NCBI GenBank assembly: GCA_049967415.1
Contig: JBMFSS010000005.1
Location: 6,044 to 70,043 of the forward strand
Source of the DNA: Candidatus Limnocylindrales bacterium
Lineage (GTDB): Bacteria; Chloroflexota; Limnocylindria; Limnocylindrales; CSP1-4
Length of the DNA: 64,000 nucleotides
Direction of reading: 5' to 3'
The number at the start of each line of letters is the position of its first letter. Positions within the stretch are counted from its first letter, which is position 1. Under the pieces are notes generated by a model. The model did not search any database. It had not been told where the DNA came from and saw nothing but the letters and a program-made list of their open reading frames with translations. The position numbers were made by a program, and so were the translations under genes. Shown one piece after another: positions 10,138 to 19,066 of this stretch.

Positions 10138-11166
10138 TCAATCCGCTGACCGCGCCGATCGCTCGTGCACCAGGTCCACCAGGCGACGCAGATCGTCCGG
10201 ATCGGTCGACGGGAGCACGCCGTGCCCGAGGTTGAACACGTGTCCCGGCCGGCCCCCGGCACGCTCCAGGATCCAGCAAGCCGCCGCAGCGGTGCCCTCG
10301 AACGGCCCCAGCAGGAGCGTCGGATCGAGGTTCCCCTGTACCGCCAGCCCGGGCAATCGGGCCCAGGCCTCGCCAAGGTCCACCCGCCAATCCAGGCCGA
10401 TCGCGCTCGCGCCGAGCCCCGCCTGTAACCCGAGCAGGCCCGCCGTGCCCGTCCCGAAGAGGACGGTGGGCACGTCGAGGTCGGCGAGCCCGGCCAGGAG
10501 CCGCCGCAGGTGGGGCAGCACGTGCCGCTGGTAGTCGAACGGCCCCAGGACCCCCACCCAGCTGTCGAAGAGCTGCACGGCCTGGGCACCGGCCTCCACC
10601 TGCGCCCGCAGGTACGCGAGCGTGGCCTCGGTGAGGCGCTCCAGCAGAAGCTGGAACGTCCCGGGATCGGCCCGCAGCAGAGCCACTAGCCGGCCCGCAT
10701 CGCGGGAAGAGCGGCCCTCCACGAGGTAGCTCGCGAGGGTGAACGGGGCGCCCGCAAAGCCGAGAACCGGGACCGGGCTCGCCCGGCGGACCAGACGGAT
10801 CGCCTCGAGCAGCGGCCCCACCGCCTGGCTCGGGTCGAACGGGCGGAGCGCCCGGACGTCGGCCGCCGCCCGGATCGGGCGATCGATGACCGGGCCGACC
10901 CCCTCGACGAAGCGAACCTCCACCCCCATTCCCGGGAGCGGCGTGGTGATATCGGCGAAGATGATCGCCCCGTCCACGCCGAGTCGCCGCACGGGCTGCA
11001 GGGTGACCTCCGCGCAGAGCGCTGCGTCCCGGATGATCTCGTCCAGGGTGGCCCGTTCCCGCACCGCGCGATACTCGGGAAGCGCCCGGCCTGCCTGGCG
11101 CATGAACCAGACCGGGGTGGCGTCCACCGGTGCACGACGGTAGGCGCGCAAGAGCCGGTCGTTCAC
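10138..11166 (-). CDS. hemE: Uroporphyrinogen decarboxylase
   Basis: 'PVWFMRQAGR', 'GFAGAPFTLASY', 'QLFDSW', 'QGNLDP', 'FNLGHG'. Confidence 0.97.
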   Translation of the reverse strand: MNDRLLRAYRRAPVDATPVWFMRQAGRALPEYRAVRERATLDEIIRDAALCAEVTLQPVRRLGVDGAIIFADITTPLPGMGVEVRFVEGVGPVIDRPIRAAADVRALRPFDPSQAVGPLLEAIRLVRRASPVPVLGFAGAPFTLASYLVEGRSSRDAGRLVALLRADPGTFQLLLERLTEATLAYLRAQVEAGAQAVQLFDSWVGVLGPFDYQRHVLPHLRRLLAGLADLDVPTVLFGTGTAGLLGLQAGLGASAIGLDWRVDLGEAWARLPGLAVQGNLDPTLLLGPFEGTAAAACWILERAGGRPGHVFNLGHGVLPSTDPDDLRRLVDLVHERSARSAD

Positions 11167-12473
11167 GCCTGGAACGCGGCCCGCGCCGCCTCCACCGTGC
11201 GAGCCACGTCCGCGTCGCTGTGTGCGGCCGACAGGAACCAGGCTTCCTCGGGCGCCGGCGGCAGCAGAACCCCGGCCTGGCGCATGGCCCGGTGGAAGCG
11301 CGCGAACGCGTGGCCGTCCGCCTCCCGGACCTGGTCGAAGTTGCGCGGTGCGGCCGCACGGAAGAAGACCGTCAGCATCGACCCGACCCGGCCCACCGAG
11401 ACCGCTCGGCCCGCCTCGGCGCCCGCCTCCAGGAGCCCGGCCTCCAGTGACGCGCCCAGGTGCTCCAGTTGCCCGTAGAGGTCCGGGTCCAGCAGGCGGA
11501 GCGTGGCAAGCCCCGCTGCCATCGCCACCGGGTGGCCGGAGAGCGTCCCCGCCTGGTAGACCGGGCCTGCCGGCGCCACCAGGTCGAGGAGATCCGCGCG
11601 CCCACCGTACGCCCCCACCGGCATCCCGCCCCCGATGATCTTGCCCAGGACCGTGAGGTCCGGGGTGACGCCGTAGCGCTCCTGCGCGCCACCGCGCGCG
11701 ACCCGGAAACCGGTAATGACCTCGTCGAAGACCAGCAGCGCGCCGTCCTGCGCCGTGAGCGCCCGGAGCGCCTGGAGAAACCCAGCCGCGGGTGGCACCA
11801 CGCCCATGTTGGCGGCCACCGGCTCGACGATCACGGCCGCGATCTGGCCCGGGTGGCGTGCCAGAAGCCGCTCCACGCTCGCCACGTCGTTATAACGAGC
11901 CAGCAACGTCTGCGCAGCCGCCGCAGCCGGCACGCCTGCGCTGGCCGGGAGCGACAGCGTCGCGAGCCCGGAGCCGGCCTGTGCCAGGAGCCCGTCCGAA
12001 TGGCCGTGATACCCGCCCTCGAACTTCACCACCAGGTCCCGCCCGGTCGCCGCGCGGGCCACCCGCAACGCGCTCATGACCGCCTCGGTCCCCGAGCTGA
12101 CGAAACGGAGCCGCTCCATGGACGGCATCGCATCGCGGATCGCCTCGCCCAGCTCCACTTCGACCGGTGACGTGGCACCGAACGGACCGCCGGCCTCCAG
12201 CTCGCGCCGGGCCGCCTCCACCACAGCCGGGTGCGCATGTCCGAGGATCAGCGGCCCGAACGCGCCCACGTAGTCCAGGTAGGTCCGGCCATCCACGTCG
12301 CGGACGGTCGCGCCCCCGCCCGCAGCGACGATGGGGGGCTCCCCGCCCACGGCCCGGTAGGCCCGCACCGGGCTGTTGACACCGCCGGGGAAAAGGGCAC
12401 CTGCACGGCCCCGGTAGGCGGCCGAGCTGGCGCGCCGCGCGCCCCGCGGCGCCGTGACCCGGGACGCGCTCAC
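11163..12473 (-). CDS. hemL: Glutamate-1-semialdehyde 2,1-aminomutase
   Basis: 'PGGVNSPVRA', 'SSGTEA', 'FDEVITGFR', 'GKIIGGGMP', 'YQAGTLSG'; GTG overlaps the hemB stop (GTGA). Confidence 0.97.
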   Translation of the reverse strand: MSASRVTAPRGARRASSAAYRGRAGALFPGGVNSPVRAYRAVGGEPPIVAAGGGATVRDVDGRTYLDYVGAFGPLILGHAHPAVVEAARRELEAGGPFGATSPVEVELGEAIRDAMPSMERLRFVSSGTEAVMSALRVARAATGRDLVVKFEGGYHGHSDGLLAQAGSGLATLSLPASAGVPAAAAAQTLLARYNDVASVERLLARHPGQIAAVIVEPVAANMGVVPPAAGFLQALRALTAQDGALLVFDEVITGFRVARGGAQERYGVTPDLTVLGKIIGGGMPVGAYGGRADLLDLVAPAGPVYQAGTLSGHPVAMAAGLATLRLLDPDLYGQLEHLGASLEAGLLEAGAEAGRAVSVGRVGSMLTVFFRAAAPRNFDQVREADGHAFARFHRAMRQAGVLLPPAPEEAWFLSAAHSDADVARTVEAARAAFQA

Positions 12474-13537
12474 CGCTCGCCGTCCTCGGCCAGCCACGCC
12501 GCGGCGTCGGCAGCCAGGTAGGTCAGGATCACGTCGGCGCCGGCCCGGGCAATGGCGGTGAGAAGCTCCAATGCCGCCCGCCGCCGGTCGATCCAGCCCC
12601 GCTCGGCGGCCGCCTCCAGCATCGCGAGCTCGCCACTCACCTGGTAGGCGGCAAGTGGCAGGTCGAACCGCCCGCGGGCTCGCGCCAGCACGTCCAGCGA
12701 CGTGATTGCCGGCTTGACCATCAGCATGTCCGCGCCCTCCGCCGCGTCCAGGGACATCTCCCGGAGCGCCTCGCGCCCGTTGGCCGGGTCCATCTGGTAG
12801 CTCCGGCGATCACCGAACGCGGGTGTGGAGTCAGCGGCCTCCCGGAATGGGCCGTACAGCGCGGACGCGTGCTTCGACGCATAGGCCAGGATCGCCGTCT
12901 CGGTCGCGCCCGCGGCGTCGAGTCCCGCCCGGATGGCCGCGACCTGTCCGTCCATCATCCCGCTGGGCGCCACGACATCCGCCCCGGCGGCCGCATACGC
13001 CACCGCCGCCTCCGCCAACTGCGGCAGTGTCTCGTCGTTGTCGATCCGGTTGCCGACGACGATCCCGCAGTGGCCGTGGGTGGTGTACTCGCAGAGGCAG
13101 ACATCGGTCATCAGCACCAGCGGCAGGTCCGCCTCCCGAAGCGCGCGCAGGGCCGCCGGCACGGGCCCCTCCGGGTCGGCGGCCGCGTCGCCACGGGGGT
13201 CCTTCTCGCCCGGGATCCCGAACAGCATCACGCCGCCCACCCCCAGCCCGGCAAGCCGCGCCGCGTGTTCCACCACCAAGTCGGGGCTCAGCCGCTCCTG
13301 TCCCGGCATGGCACCGATCGGTTCGCGGTGTCCATGTCCGGGCACCACGAAGATCGGCAGGACCAGCTGTCCAGGCGAGAGCCGTGTCTCCCGGACCAGT
13401 GCGCGTCGTGCCGGCGTGGCGCGCAGCCGCCGCGTTCGCTCGAAGGTGACCGTCGCGGGACGACCGGCCGGCATGGAGTCCGGGTTGGGCCGGACCGGGT
13501 CGACACCGGCTGGAACGCCTCGAACGATTCCGATCAT
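12470..13537 (-). CDS. hemB: Porphobilinogen synthase (delta-aminolevulinic acid dehydratase), Zn-type
   Basis: 'DVCLCEYTTHGHCG', 'SGMMDG', 'YGPFREA', 'YQMDP', 'MVKPA', 'YQVSGE'. Confidence 0.97.
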   Translation of the reverse strand: MIGIVRGVPAGVDPVRPNPDSMPAGRPATVTFERTRRLRATPARRALVRETRLSPGQLVLPIFVVPGHGHREPIGAMPGQERLSPDLVVEHAARLAGLGVGGVMLFGIPGEKDPRGDAAADPEGPVPAALRALREADLPLVLMTDVCLCEYTTHGHCGIVVGNRIDNDETLPQLAEAAVAYAAAGADVVAPSGMMDGQVAAIRAGLDAAGATETAILAYASKHASALYGPFREAADSTPAFGDRRSYQMDPANGREALREMSLDAAEGADMLMVKPAITSLDVLARARGRFDLPLAAYQVSGELAMLEAAAERGWIDRRRAALELLTAIARAGADVILTYLAADAAAWLAEDGER

Positions 13538-14493
13538 GCGTGCACCTCCGTGCCGTGTGAGCCGGGGGATTCGCCCCTGGCCAGGTCTCCTCCGCCCTCG
13601 ACCAGCGCCAGGGTGGCGGCAGCCAGCGCCTCCACCGTGGGAGTCGCGGCCTCGGCAGCCAGCCACAGGCCAAGACGCTGGACCTCGCGCGAGGTCGCGG
13701 GCCCAATGGAGACGAACGGCAGCCCGCGGACCGTCTCGACGCTCTCTGCCGGCAGGTCGGGCGCCGCCGCGAGCCGGAGCAGGCCGCGCACGGCAGAGCC
13801 GGAGGCCACGACCACCGCCGCCAGGTCCGGATCCGCCAGCGCGGCAGCAAGCAGGCCGCGCGACGTCGCCGGCGCCTCCACCGTCCGGTAGGCGATCACC
13901 TCGTGGACCTCGGCACCGGATGCCCGCAGGGCACGCGGCAGCTCAGGGGTAGCGGCGCTGGCGCGCGGGAGCAGCACCCGGCGGCCGGCCAGCTCGCCGG
14001 CCGCCCGGAGGGCTCGCGCCAGGCCTGCGCCGGTGGCGTCCGGCGCCTGCAGCGCCACGATTGCACCCTGCGCGACCAGGGCGCGTGCCGTGGCCGGACC
14101 CACTGCCGCGTACGCCGGCCGCGGCCCGCCCGTGCCGATCGCTCCTCGCGCGCTGTCGGCCCCGCCCGCCGTGCCGGCGCCCGCCCCGGGCGCGGTCCCG
14201 GACCGTCCTGCTGCCGCCCGCCGGGCCGCCGCGGCCAGCGCGGCCACCGCCTGCACGCTGGTGAGGACCACCCAGTCGTACGAGGCAAGCTCCCCGGCCG
14301 CCGCGTCCAGCGCGCCGCCAGGCGCCACCTCCTCGGTCACCACCGTGGGCACCCCATGCGCTCGCAGCCCGCCCCTGGCCAGCAACGCCACCAGTGGGTC
14401 CTGCTCGCCGGTGGGCCGGGTGACCAGTATCGCCGGTCCCGGCCCCACCCTGCCCGTGGCCCACCGGTCGGGGCGCGCCGAACCCCGGGTCAC
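13534..14493 (-). CDS. hemD: Uroporphyrinogen-III synthase
   Basis: 'ILVTRP', 'YDWVVLTS', 'AVGPATA', 'VIAYRT', 'ASGSAV', 'SIGPATS'; 4-nt overlaps with hemC and hemB. Confidence 0.9.
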   Translation of the reverse strand: MTRGSARPDRWATGRVGPGPAILVTRPTGEQDPLVALLARGGLRAHGVPTVVTEEVAPGGALDAAAGELASYDWVVLTSVQAVAALAAAARRAAAGRSGTAPGAGAGTAGGADSARGAIGTGGPRPAYAAVGPATARALVAQGAIVALQAPDATGAGLARALRAAGELAGRRVLLPRASAATPELPRALRASGAEVHEVIAYRTVEAPATSRGLLAAALADPDLAAVVVASGSAVRGLLRLAAAPDLPAESVETVRGLPFVSIGPATSREVQRLGLWLAAEAATPTVEALAAATLALVEGGGDLARGESPGSHGTEVHA

Positions 14494-15506
14494 GCGAGCT
14501 CTCCCCGGAACCCGGCCCCGCGCAGGGCTCCGGCCAGCGCGCGCGCGAGGTCTGTGGACCGGTCCGCGGGAGCCGAACCGCGCACGACCAGCGGGCCGGT
14601 CCCGGGGAGCACGACGGCCGCGAGCAGCTCCACCCGGCCTGCATGCTCGGTTGCGAGCGCGCCCAGCGGCGCCCGGCAGCCGCCGCCGGTGCCACCCAGC
14701 ACCTCGCGCTCCGCCTCCACGCAGCGGCGCGTGGGGGCGTGGTCGAGCGCGGTCAGCGTCGCGATGAGTGCCTCGTCCTCGGCGCGGCACTGCACGGCAA
14801 GCGCGCCCTGGCCGGGCGCCGGTGGCAGCAGCCACGGATCCAGCGGGGAGCCGGCGCGGTCCGCGTGGCCAAGGCGCACCAGCCCCGCCACGGCCAGGAC
14901 CAGCGCATCCACCTCGCCGGCGTCCAGGCGCCGCAGGCGGGTGTCCACGTTGCCGTGCAGCGGCACGATCTGCAGGTCCGGCCGGGCCGCGCGGAGGAAC
15001 GCCGCCCGCCGCGGGCTGTCGGTACCGACGCGTGCCCCACCGGGCAGCGCCTGGAGCCCGCCGGCCGACACGCCCACCGGGGGCACGGCTGGGCCATCGG
15101 GAGCATCGGGAGCATCGGGAACATCGGCGAGATGATCGGGTCCGCCGGCCGGCACCGACGGGCGAACACCGCGCCCGTCGCGTGTCACCAGGGCGTCCCG
15201 GGGATCCTGGCGCGACGTGTAGGCCGCGATCGTCAGTCGCCCCTCCAGGCTGGCCTCCAGCGGCACGTCCTTCGCGCTGTGCACCGCGAGGTCCACCTCA
15301 CGCGCCAGCAAGGCGGCCTCGAGCGCCCCCACGAACGCGCCCTCCCCCCAGGCCGTGTCGGGAGGACGCAGATCGCCTGCAGTCGCCACCACGACCAGCT
15401 TCACCGGGTGCCCGGCCTTGCGCAGCGCCCCGGCCACGAGCTCCGACTGGCCCCGCGCCAGGCTGGAGCCGCGCGTCCCCAGCCGAAGGGCCCCACCCCC
15501 GGTCAC
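14490..15506 (-). CDS. hemC: Hydroxymethylbilane synthase (porphobilinogen deaminase)
   Basis: 'LGTRGSSLARGQ', 'DLAVHSAKDVP', 'GNVDTRL', 'PAPGQGAL', cofactor Cys 'GGGCRAPLG'. Confidence 0.95.
   Translation of the reverse strand: MTGGGALRLGTRGSSLARGQSELVAGALRKAGHPVKLVVVATAGDLRPPDTAWGEGAFVGALEAALLAREVDLAVHSAKDVPLEASLEGRLTIAAYTSRQDPRDALVTRDGRGVRPSVPAGGPDHLADVPDAPDAPDGPAVPPVGVSAGGLQALPGGARVGTDSPRRAAFLRAARPDLQIVPLHGNVDTRLRRLDAGEVDALVLAVAGLVRLGHADRAGSPLDPWLLPPAPGQGALAVQCRAEDEALIATLTALDHAPTRRCVEAEREVLGGTGGGCRAPLGALATEHAGRVELLAAVVLPGTGPLVVRGSAPADRSTDLARALAGALRGAGFRGELA
15095..15130. repeat. 9-bp tandem repeat (CATCGGGAG-like x4) inside hemC, encoding part of an 'ADVPDAPDAPD' loop insertion
   Basis: catcgggag catcgggag catcgggaa catcggcga read directly. 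Confidence 0.85.
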
Positions 15507-16720
15507 AGGTCGAAGAGCATGCGCGCTGCCCTGGCAGCGGTGCCGTCCACATCGTCGTGCAGCCTGGCCAGCGGCCGATGCAGCAGCCGCGCGACCAGCT
15601 GTTCCGAGAACGTCGAGATGGCCCGGCGCTCCCGCTCGTCGAGCGCCGGCAGCCGGCGAAAGAGCCGCTCGAGATCGCGGGTCCGCTGGTCCTCCGCCGC
15701 CAGCCGCAAAGCCCGGAGCGTCTCCACCGACGTGCGCGCGGCCGCCCAGCTGGCATACGCATCGCAGGCGGCGTCCACCAGCCGCTCGGCGTGTTCGCGG
15801 TAGGCGCGCCGCAGCGCGTCGGCCTCGCCGGCCGCGTCCGGGCGGACGAAGAGCTGGTCGATGCCGATGAACCGCCCGTCCAGGCTGGCTCGCACCGACT
15901 CGGGCACCGCGGCCGGCGACGAGAGATCCACCACCAAGGGGAGCGCGGCCGGCCACCCCGGCGTGACGCCGCCGGTTCGCGGCCAGGCATCCGACAACGA
16001 CGACCACGGCCCGCTCAGCGCGACCAGCAGCGCGTCTGCCTCCCGCACGGCGTCCACGCTCTCCTCGAGTCCCTCCCATGCCCCGCCGACCGCAAGGGCA
16101 ACGTCACGCGCGCGCTCGGGGTTGCGGCTGACCACCGTCACCAGCGCTCCCCGCCGCACGGCGCCGGCCGCCAGCGCCCGGCCCATGGCGCCAGCCCCCG
16201 CGACCACGACCCGCGAGCCGCGCATCTCCCGCCCATGCGTCACGATCCAGTCGAACGCCCGATCGGCAAGGCTGCGGTCCACCGGCCTTGGCCGCTCCGC
16301 CCGTGCCCGCCGGCCGACGCCCACAGCGACCTCGAGGGCGCGAACGAGTCCGGGCTCCGGCGGGATCGCGCCCCGCACCCGCTCGAGGAGCTCCCGGACC
16401 TGGTGGAGCACCTCGTCCTCGCCGGTGACCGCGCTCTCGAGGCCGGCGGCCAGGCGCAGGAGATGCCGCAGCGCGGCGCGATCTCGATACGTGCCCAGCC
16501 TCGCCAGCCCGCGCTCACCGGCGGCCGCCTCCAGCTCCTCCAGCTCGGCGTCGTCGCCGGTGCCGTAGAGCTCGACGCGGTGACACGTCACCAGCAGGGC
16601 GGCGGCGCGCGCCCGATCCACCCGCTCGCGCACGAGCTGCGCGAACTCGGCGCGCTCCTCGGCGCCGTGCGCCACCGGATGCGCGGCAAGCACCCAGAGC
16701 GGCACCGCGAGATCGGTCAT
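15503..16720 (-). CDS. hemA: Glutamyl-tRNA reductase (divergent)
   Basis: Catalytic 'TCHRVELY', 'LAAGLES..GE', NADPH-binding 'GAGAMG', 'VDLSSP', C-terminal 'LLHRP' dimerisation helix; position in the hem operon. Confidence 0.88.
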   Translation of the reverse strand: MTDLAVPLWVLAAHPVAHGAEERAEFAQLVRERVDRARAAALLVTCHRVELYGTGDDAELEELEAAAGERGLARLGTYRDRAALRHLLRLAAGLESAVTGEDEVLHQVRELLERVRGAIPPEPGLVRALEVAVGVGRRARAERPRPVDRSLADRAFDWIVTHGREMRGSRVVVAGAGAMGRALAAGAVRRGALVTVVSRNPERARDVALAVGGAWEGLEESVDAVREADALLVALSGPWSSLSDAWPRTGGVTPGWPAALPLVVDLSSPAAVPESVRASLDGRFIGIDQLFVRPDAAGEADALRRAYREHAERLVDAACDAYASWAAARTSVETLRALRLAAEDQRTRDLERLFRRLPALDERERRAISTFSEQLVARLLHRPLARLHDDVDGTAARAARMLFDL

Positions 16721-17550
16721 GCGCGCATCCGGGCGCCCGCTCCGGCGGGCCCGGGGCCGAGTGCCGCCGCGGGCTCCACAACCCGCGAGCCCTCGGGCTC
16801 CGTGTCGAGCGCCGATCCCGCCAGCGTGTCCGCGCCAGCATGCCCTTCCACGGTCGCGATCAGCAGGCGGTCCAGAGCGCGATCCACGCGGGCCAGGAGC
16901 GCCGTCGCGTCCCGCACGCCCAGCCCCCGGGAGGCGGCCAGCCGCCGCAACTCCTCCAGGAACGGCTCCCGGAAGCGGAGGAACGCCTCCACGGCCTCGA
17001 CCGTCGTCCTGCCCAGCTGGGCCATGTGCCGGCCGTGTGCCGAGGCGGCCGCCACCGCCCGCTCCAGGTGCACCTCGTCCCCTGGAGCCGCCTCCAGGTA
17101 CTGCAGCAGCACCTCCACCAGCACCCGCCCCTCGTGCCGGAATGCCTCCCGGTCGCCGTCCGCCAGGTGGTTCACCCACCCGACATCCATGGTGGCCGGC
17201 CGCCGGCGGCGAGCCACGCCCTGGTCCGTGCCGCGGTACACGCGCGCGATGCGCTCGACCGAGGCGCCCAGCCGCGCCGGCAGGTGCCGGTCACGGTGGC
17301 CGGTCGGCAGCAGGGCGGCCAGGGCACGGCGCGAATAGCGGCGATGCCCTCCCGGCGTGGTGAACACCGGGACCTGGCCCGCGTCGGACCATCGCCGAAG
17401 CGTGGCGGCGCTCACCCCAAGCAGCGTGCTCGCGTCGCCCAGCGCCATCCAGTCAGCGGGACGTCCCCGCGCGCCGGACTCGCCTCGCTCCGTTCCCCCT
17501 CCCGGCTGCTGCCCGCCGCGGCCGGTGGCACGGGTCCTCTCGCCTGGCAT
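16717..17550 (-). CDS. BldC/excisionase-like (MerR-type) HTH protein fused to an all-helical putative sensor domain; probable regulator of the hem operon
   Basis: 'ALGDASTLLGVSAATLRRWSDAG.VPVFTTPGGHRRY'; its stop overlaps the hemA ATG. Confidence 0.8.
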   Translation of the reverse strand: MPGERTRATGRGGQQPGGGTERGESGARGRPADWMALGDASTLLGVSAATLRRWSDAGQVPVFTTPGGHRRYSRRALAALLPTGHRDRHLPARLGASVERIARVYRGTDQGVARRRRPATMDVGWVNHLADGDREAFRHEGRVLVEVLLQYLEAAPGDEVHLERAVAAASAHGRHMAQLGRTTVEAVEAFLRFREPFLEELRRLAASRGLGVRDATALLARVDRALDRLLIATVEGHAGADTLAGSALDTEPEGSRVVEPAAALGPGPAGAGARMRA

Positions 17551-17557
17551 GAACGGA

Positions 17558-17589
17558 ACCTTACCAAATCTGCCAGAAACTGCGAAAAG
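17558..17589 (-). promoter_or_regulatory. Sigma70-like leaderless promoter of the regulator-hem operon, overlapped by three 10-bp phased direct repeats
   Basis: Minus strand TTCGCA-17 nt-TAAGGT (with TG extension)-7 nt-ATG(17550); plus-strand units cttaccaaat/ctgccagaaa/ctgcgaaaag. Confidence 0.6.
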
Positions 17590-17668
17590 CGCCACCTGCG
17601 AATGGCGCCGCCGCGACCGGCAATGGGAAGCCGATGTCGAAGTTCGTCCGCCGGCGCGCCCGACCGGC

Positions 17669-18934
17669 TCAGATACCGCCCGCCGGCCGCGCGTCGGCTA
17701 CCCCGCCGCGCGCCGCCTCCGGACTGGTGTCCGTGCGCGGGATGCTCCTGGCCGCGATCAGGCCGGCGGCCAGACATGCCGCAACCCCGAACCAGACCGC
17801 AACCTCGATCGACCGCGACGCCAGCCACCCCGCGATCGCGGACCCCACCGGGAACCCGGCGAAGTTGAAGTTCATGGAGACAGCAAAGGCGCGGCCCATC
17901 CATGCCGGGTCCGTCCGACGCTGCCGGAGCGTGAACAGCCCGATGTCCATCGGCCCGTTCAGGAGTCCCACCAGGGTCATCGCCACGATGACCAGCGGAA
18001 GCTGGCCGGGAAGCAGCAGAAGCAGCACCGCGGCACTGGCGAACATCGGCACGGCCAGCATGCGGCGCTCGCGTCCTGCGCTGTTCATCCGCCCGAAGAC
18101 CAGCGCAGCAACCGCGCCGCCCACGCCCATGACCGCGAAAACGGCCCCCACCGTCGCCGGTCCCTGGTGGAGCCGGTCAAGGACCAGCAACGGGATCACA
18201 ATCGTGGTGACGCCGCCGCTCAGGTTGATCGCCGAAATCGAGAACCCCAGGGCGCGCAGCGTGGGGTTCCGCCACGTGTAGACCAGACCCTGCCAGGCAT
18301 CGAGCAGCAGCCGTCCGGTGGACGCCACGTCCGTGCGAGGGTCGGGGATCCCAACCAGGACCAGAGCGGCAGCCCCGTAGGCCAGCGCGATCGCCAGCAG
18401 CGCGGCCGGGCCGCCCCAGAGGCCCACCATGACCCCGGCCAGCGGCGGTCCGACGATGGTGGCCACCACGTAGCCCATGGAGTCAACCGCGTTGATGCGC
18501 TCCCAGAGCGGGACCGGGACCAGCAGCGGGAAGAGACTGCGGAGCCCGGTGCTGCTCAGCGGCGCCGTCAGGGACGAGATCCCCGCGATCACGAGCAGGA
18601 GCCAGACGGGCAGCGCATCCGCCAGCGCAAGGGCGCCGATCAGGGCCAGCGAGAAACCCGCGACCGCGTAGTCCACCAGCACCAGGCGGGCCCGGCCGTG
18701 GCGATCCAGCAGCGCGCCAGCCACGGGGCTGACCAGCATCCCCGGCACGATCCCGACGAACGTCACCAAGCCCGCGAGTTCGGCCGAGCGATAGGCCGTG
18801 AGCGTGAACAGGACGATCGCCACGCTCACCATGGACTGGCCGATCCGCGCGATCTGCATCCCTGCCACGATGCGCGCCAGCGACGGCACGCGGAACAGGG
18901 CGCGATAGGACTGGTCGGTGGTCCCGGACGGCAC
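17669..18934 (-). CDS. MFS transporter
   Basis: About 12 hydrophobic segments, MFS motif 'GALLDRHGRARL', 'RQRRTDPAWMGRAF'; GTG 8 nt after TAGGAT. Confidence 0.88.
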   Translation of the reverse strand: MPSGTTDQSYRALFRVPSLARIVAGMQIARIGQSMVSVAIVLFTLTAYRSAELAGLVTFVGIVPGMLVSPVAGALLDRHGRARLVLVDYAVAGFSLALIGALALADALPVWLLLVIAGISSLTAPLSSTGLRSLFPLLVPVPLWERINAVDSMGYVVATIVGPPLAGVMVGLWGGPAALLAIALAYGAAALVLVGIPDPRTDVASTGRLLLDAWQGLVYTWRNPTLRALGFSISAINLSGGVTTIVIPLLVLDRLHQGPATVGAVFAVMGVGGAVAALVFGRMNSAGRERRMLAVPMFASAAVLLLLLPGQLPLVIVAMTLVGLLNGPMDIGLFTLRQRRTDPAWMGRAFAVSMNFNFAGFPVGSAIAGWLASRSIEVAVWFGVAACLAAGLIAARSIPRTDTSPEAARGGVADARPAGGI

Positions 18935-19066
18935 GGTGCCCCATCCTAGCGGCCGCACCGGCAAGGCGCAGACCGCCGCCCGGCCGAGCCTGGCCGCGGC
19001 GTTCCGGCCGGGCCCGGCGGTCAGGACGACCGGGTCAGGGCCGCTCGGACGGCTGGACCGCTGTCC

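Noticed and set aside
16717-17550. Excisionase-like HTH as evidence of a prophage or integrative element
   Set aside because: No integrase, att sites or phage genes; it is fused to an extra domain and coupled to hemA
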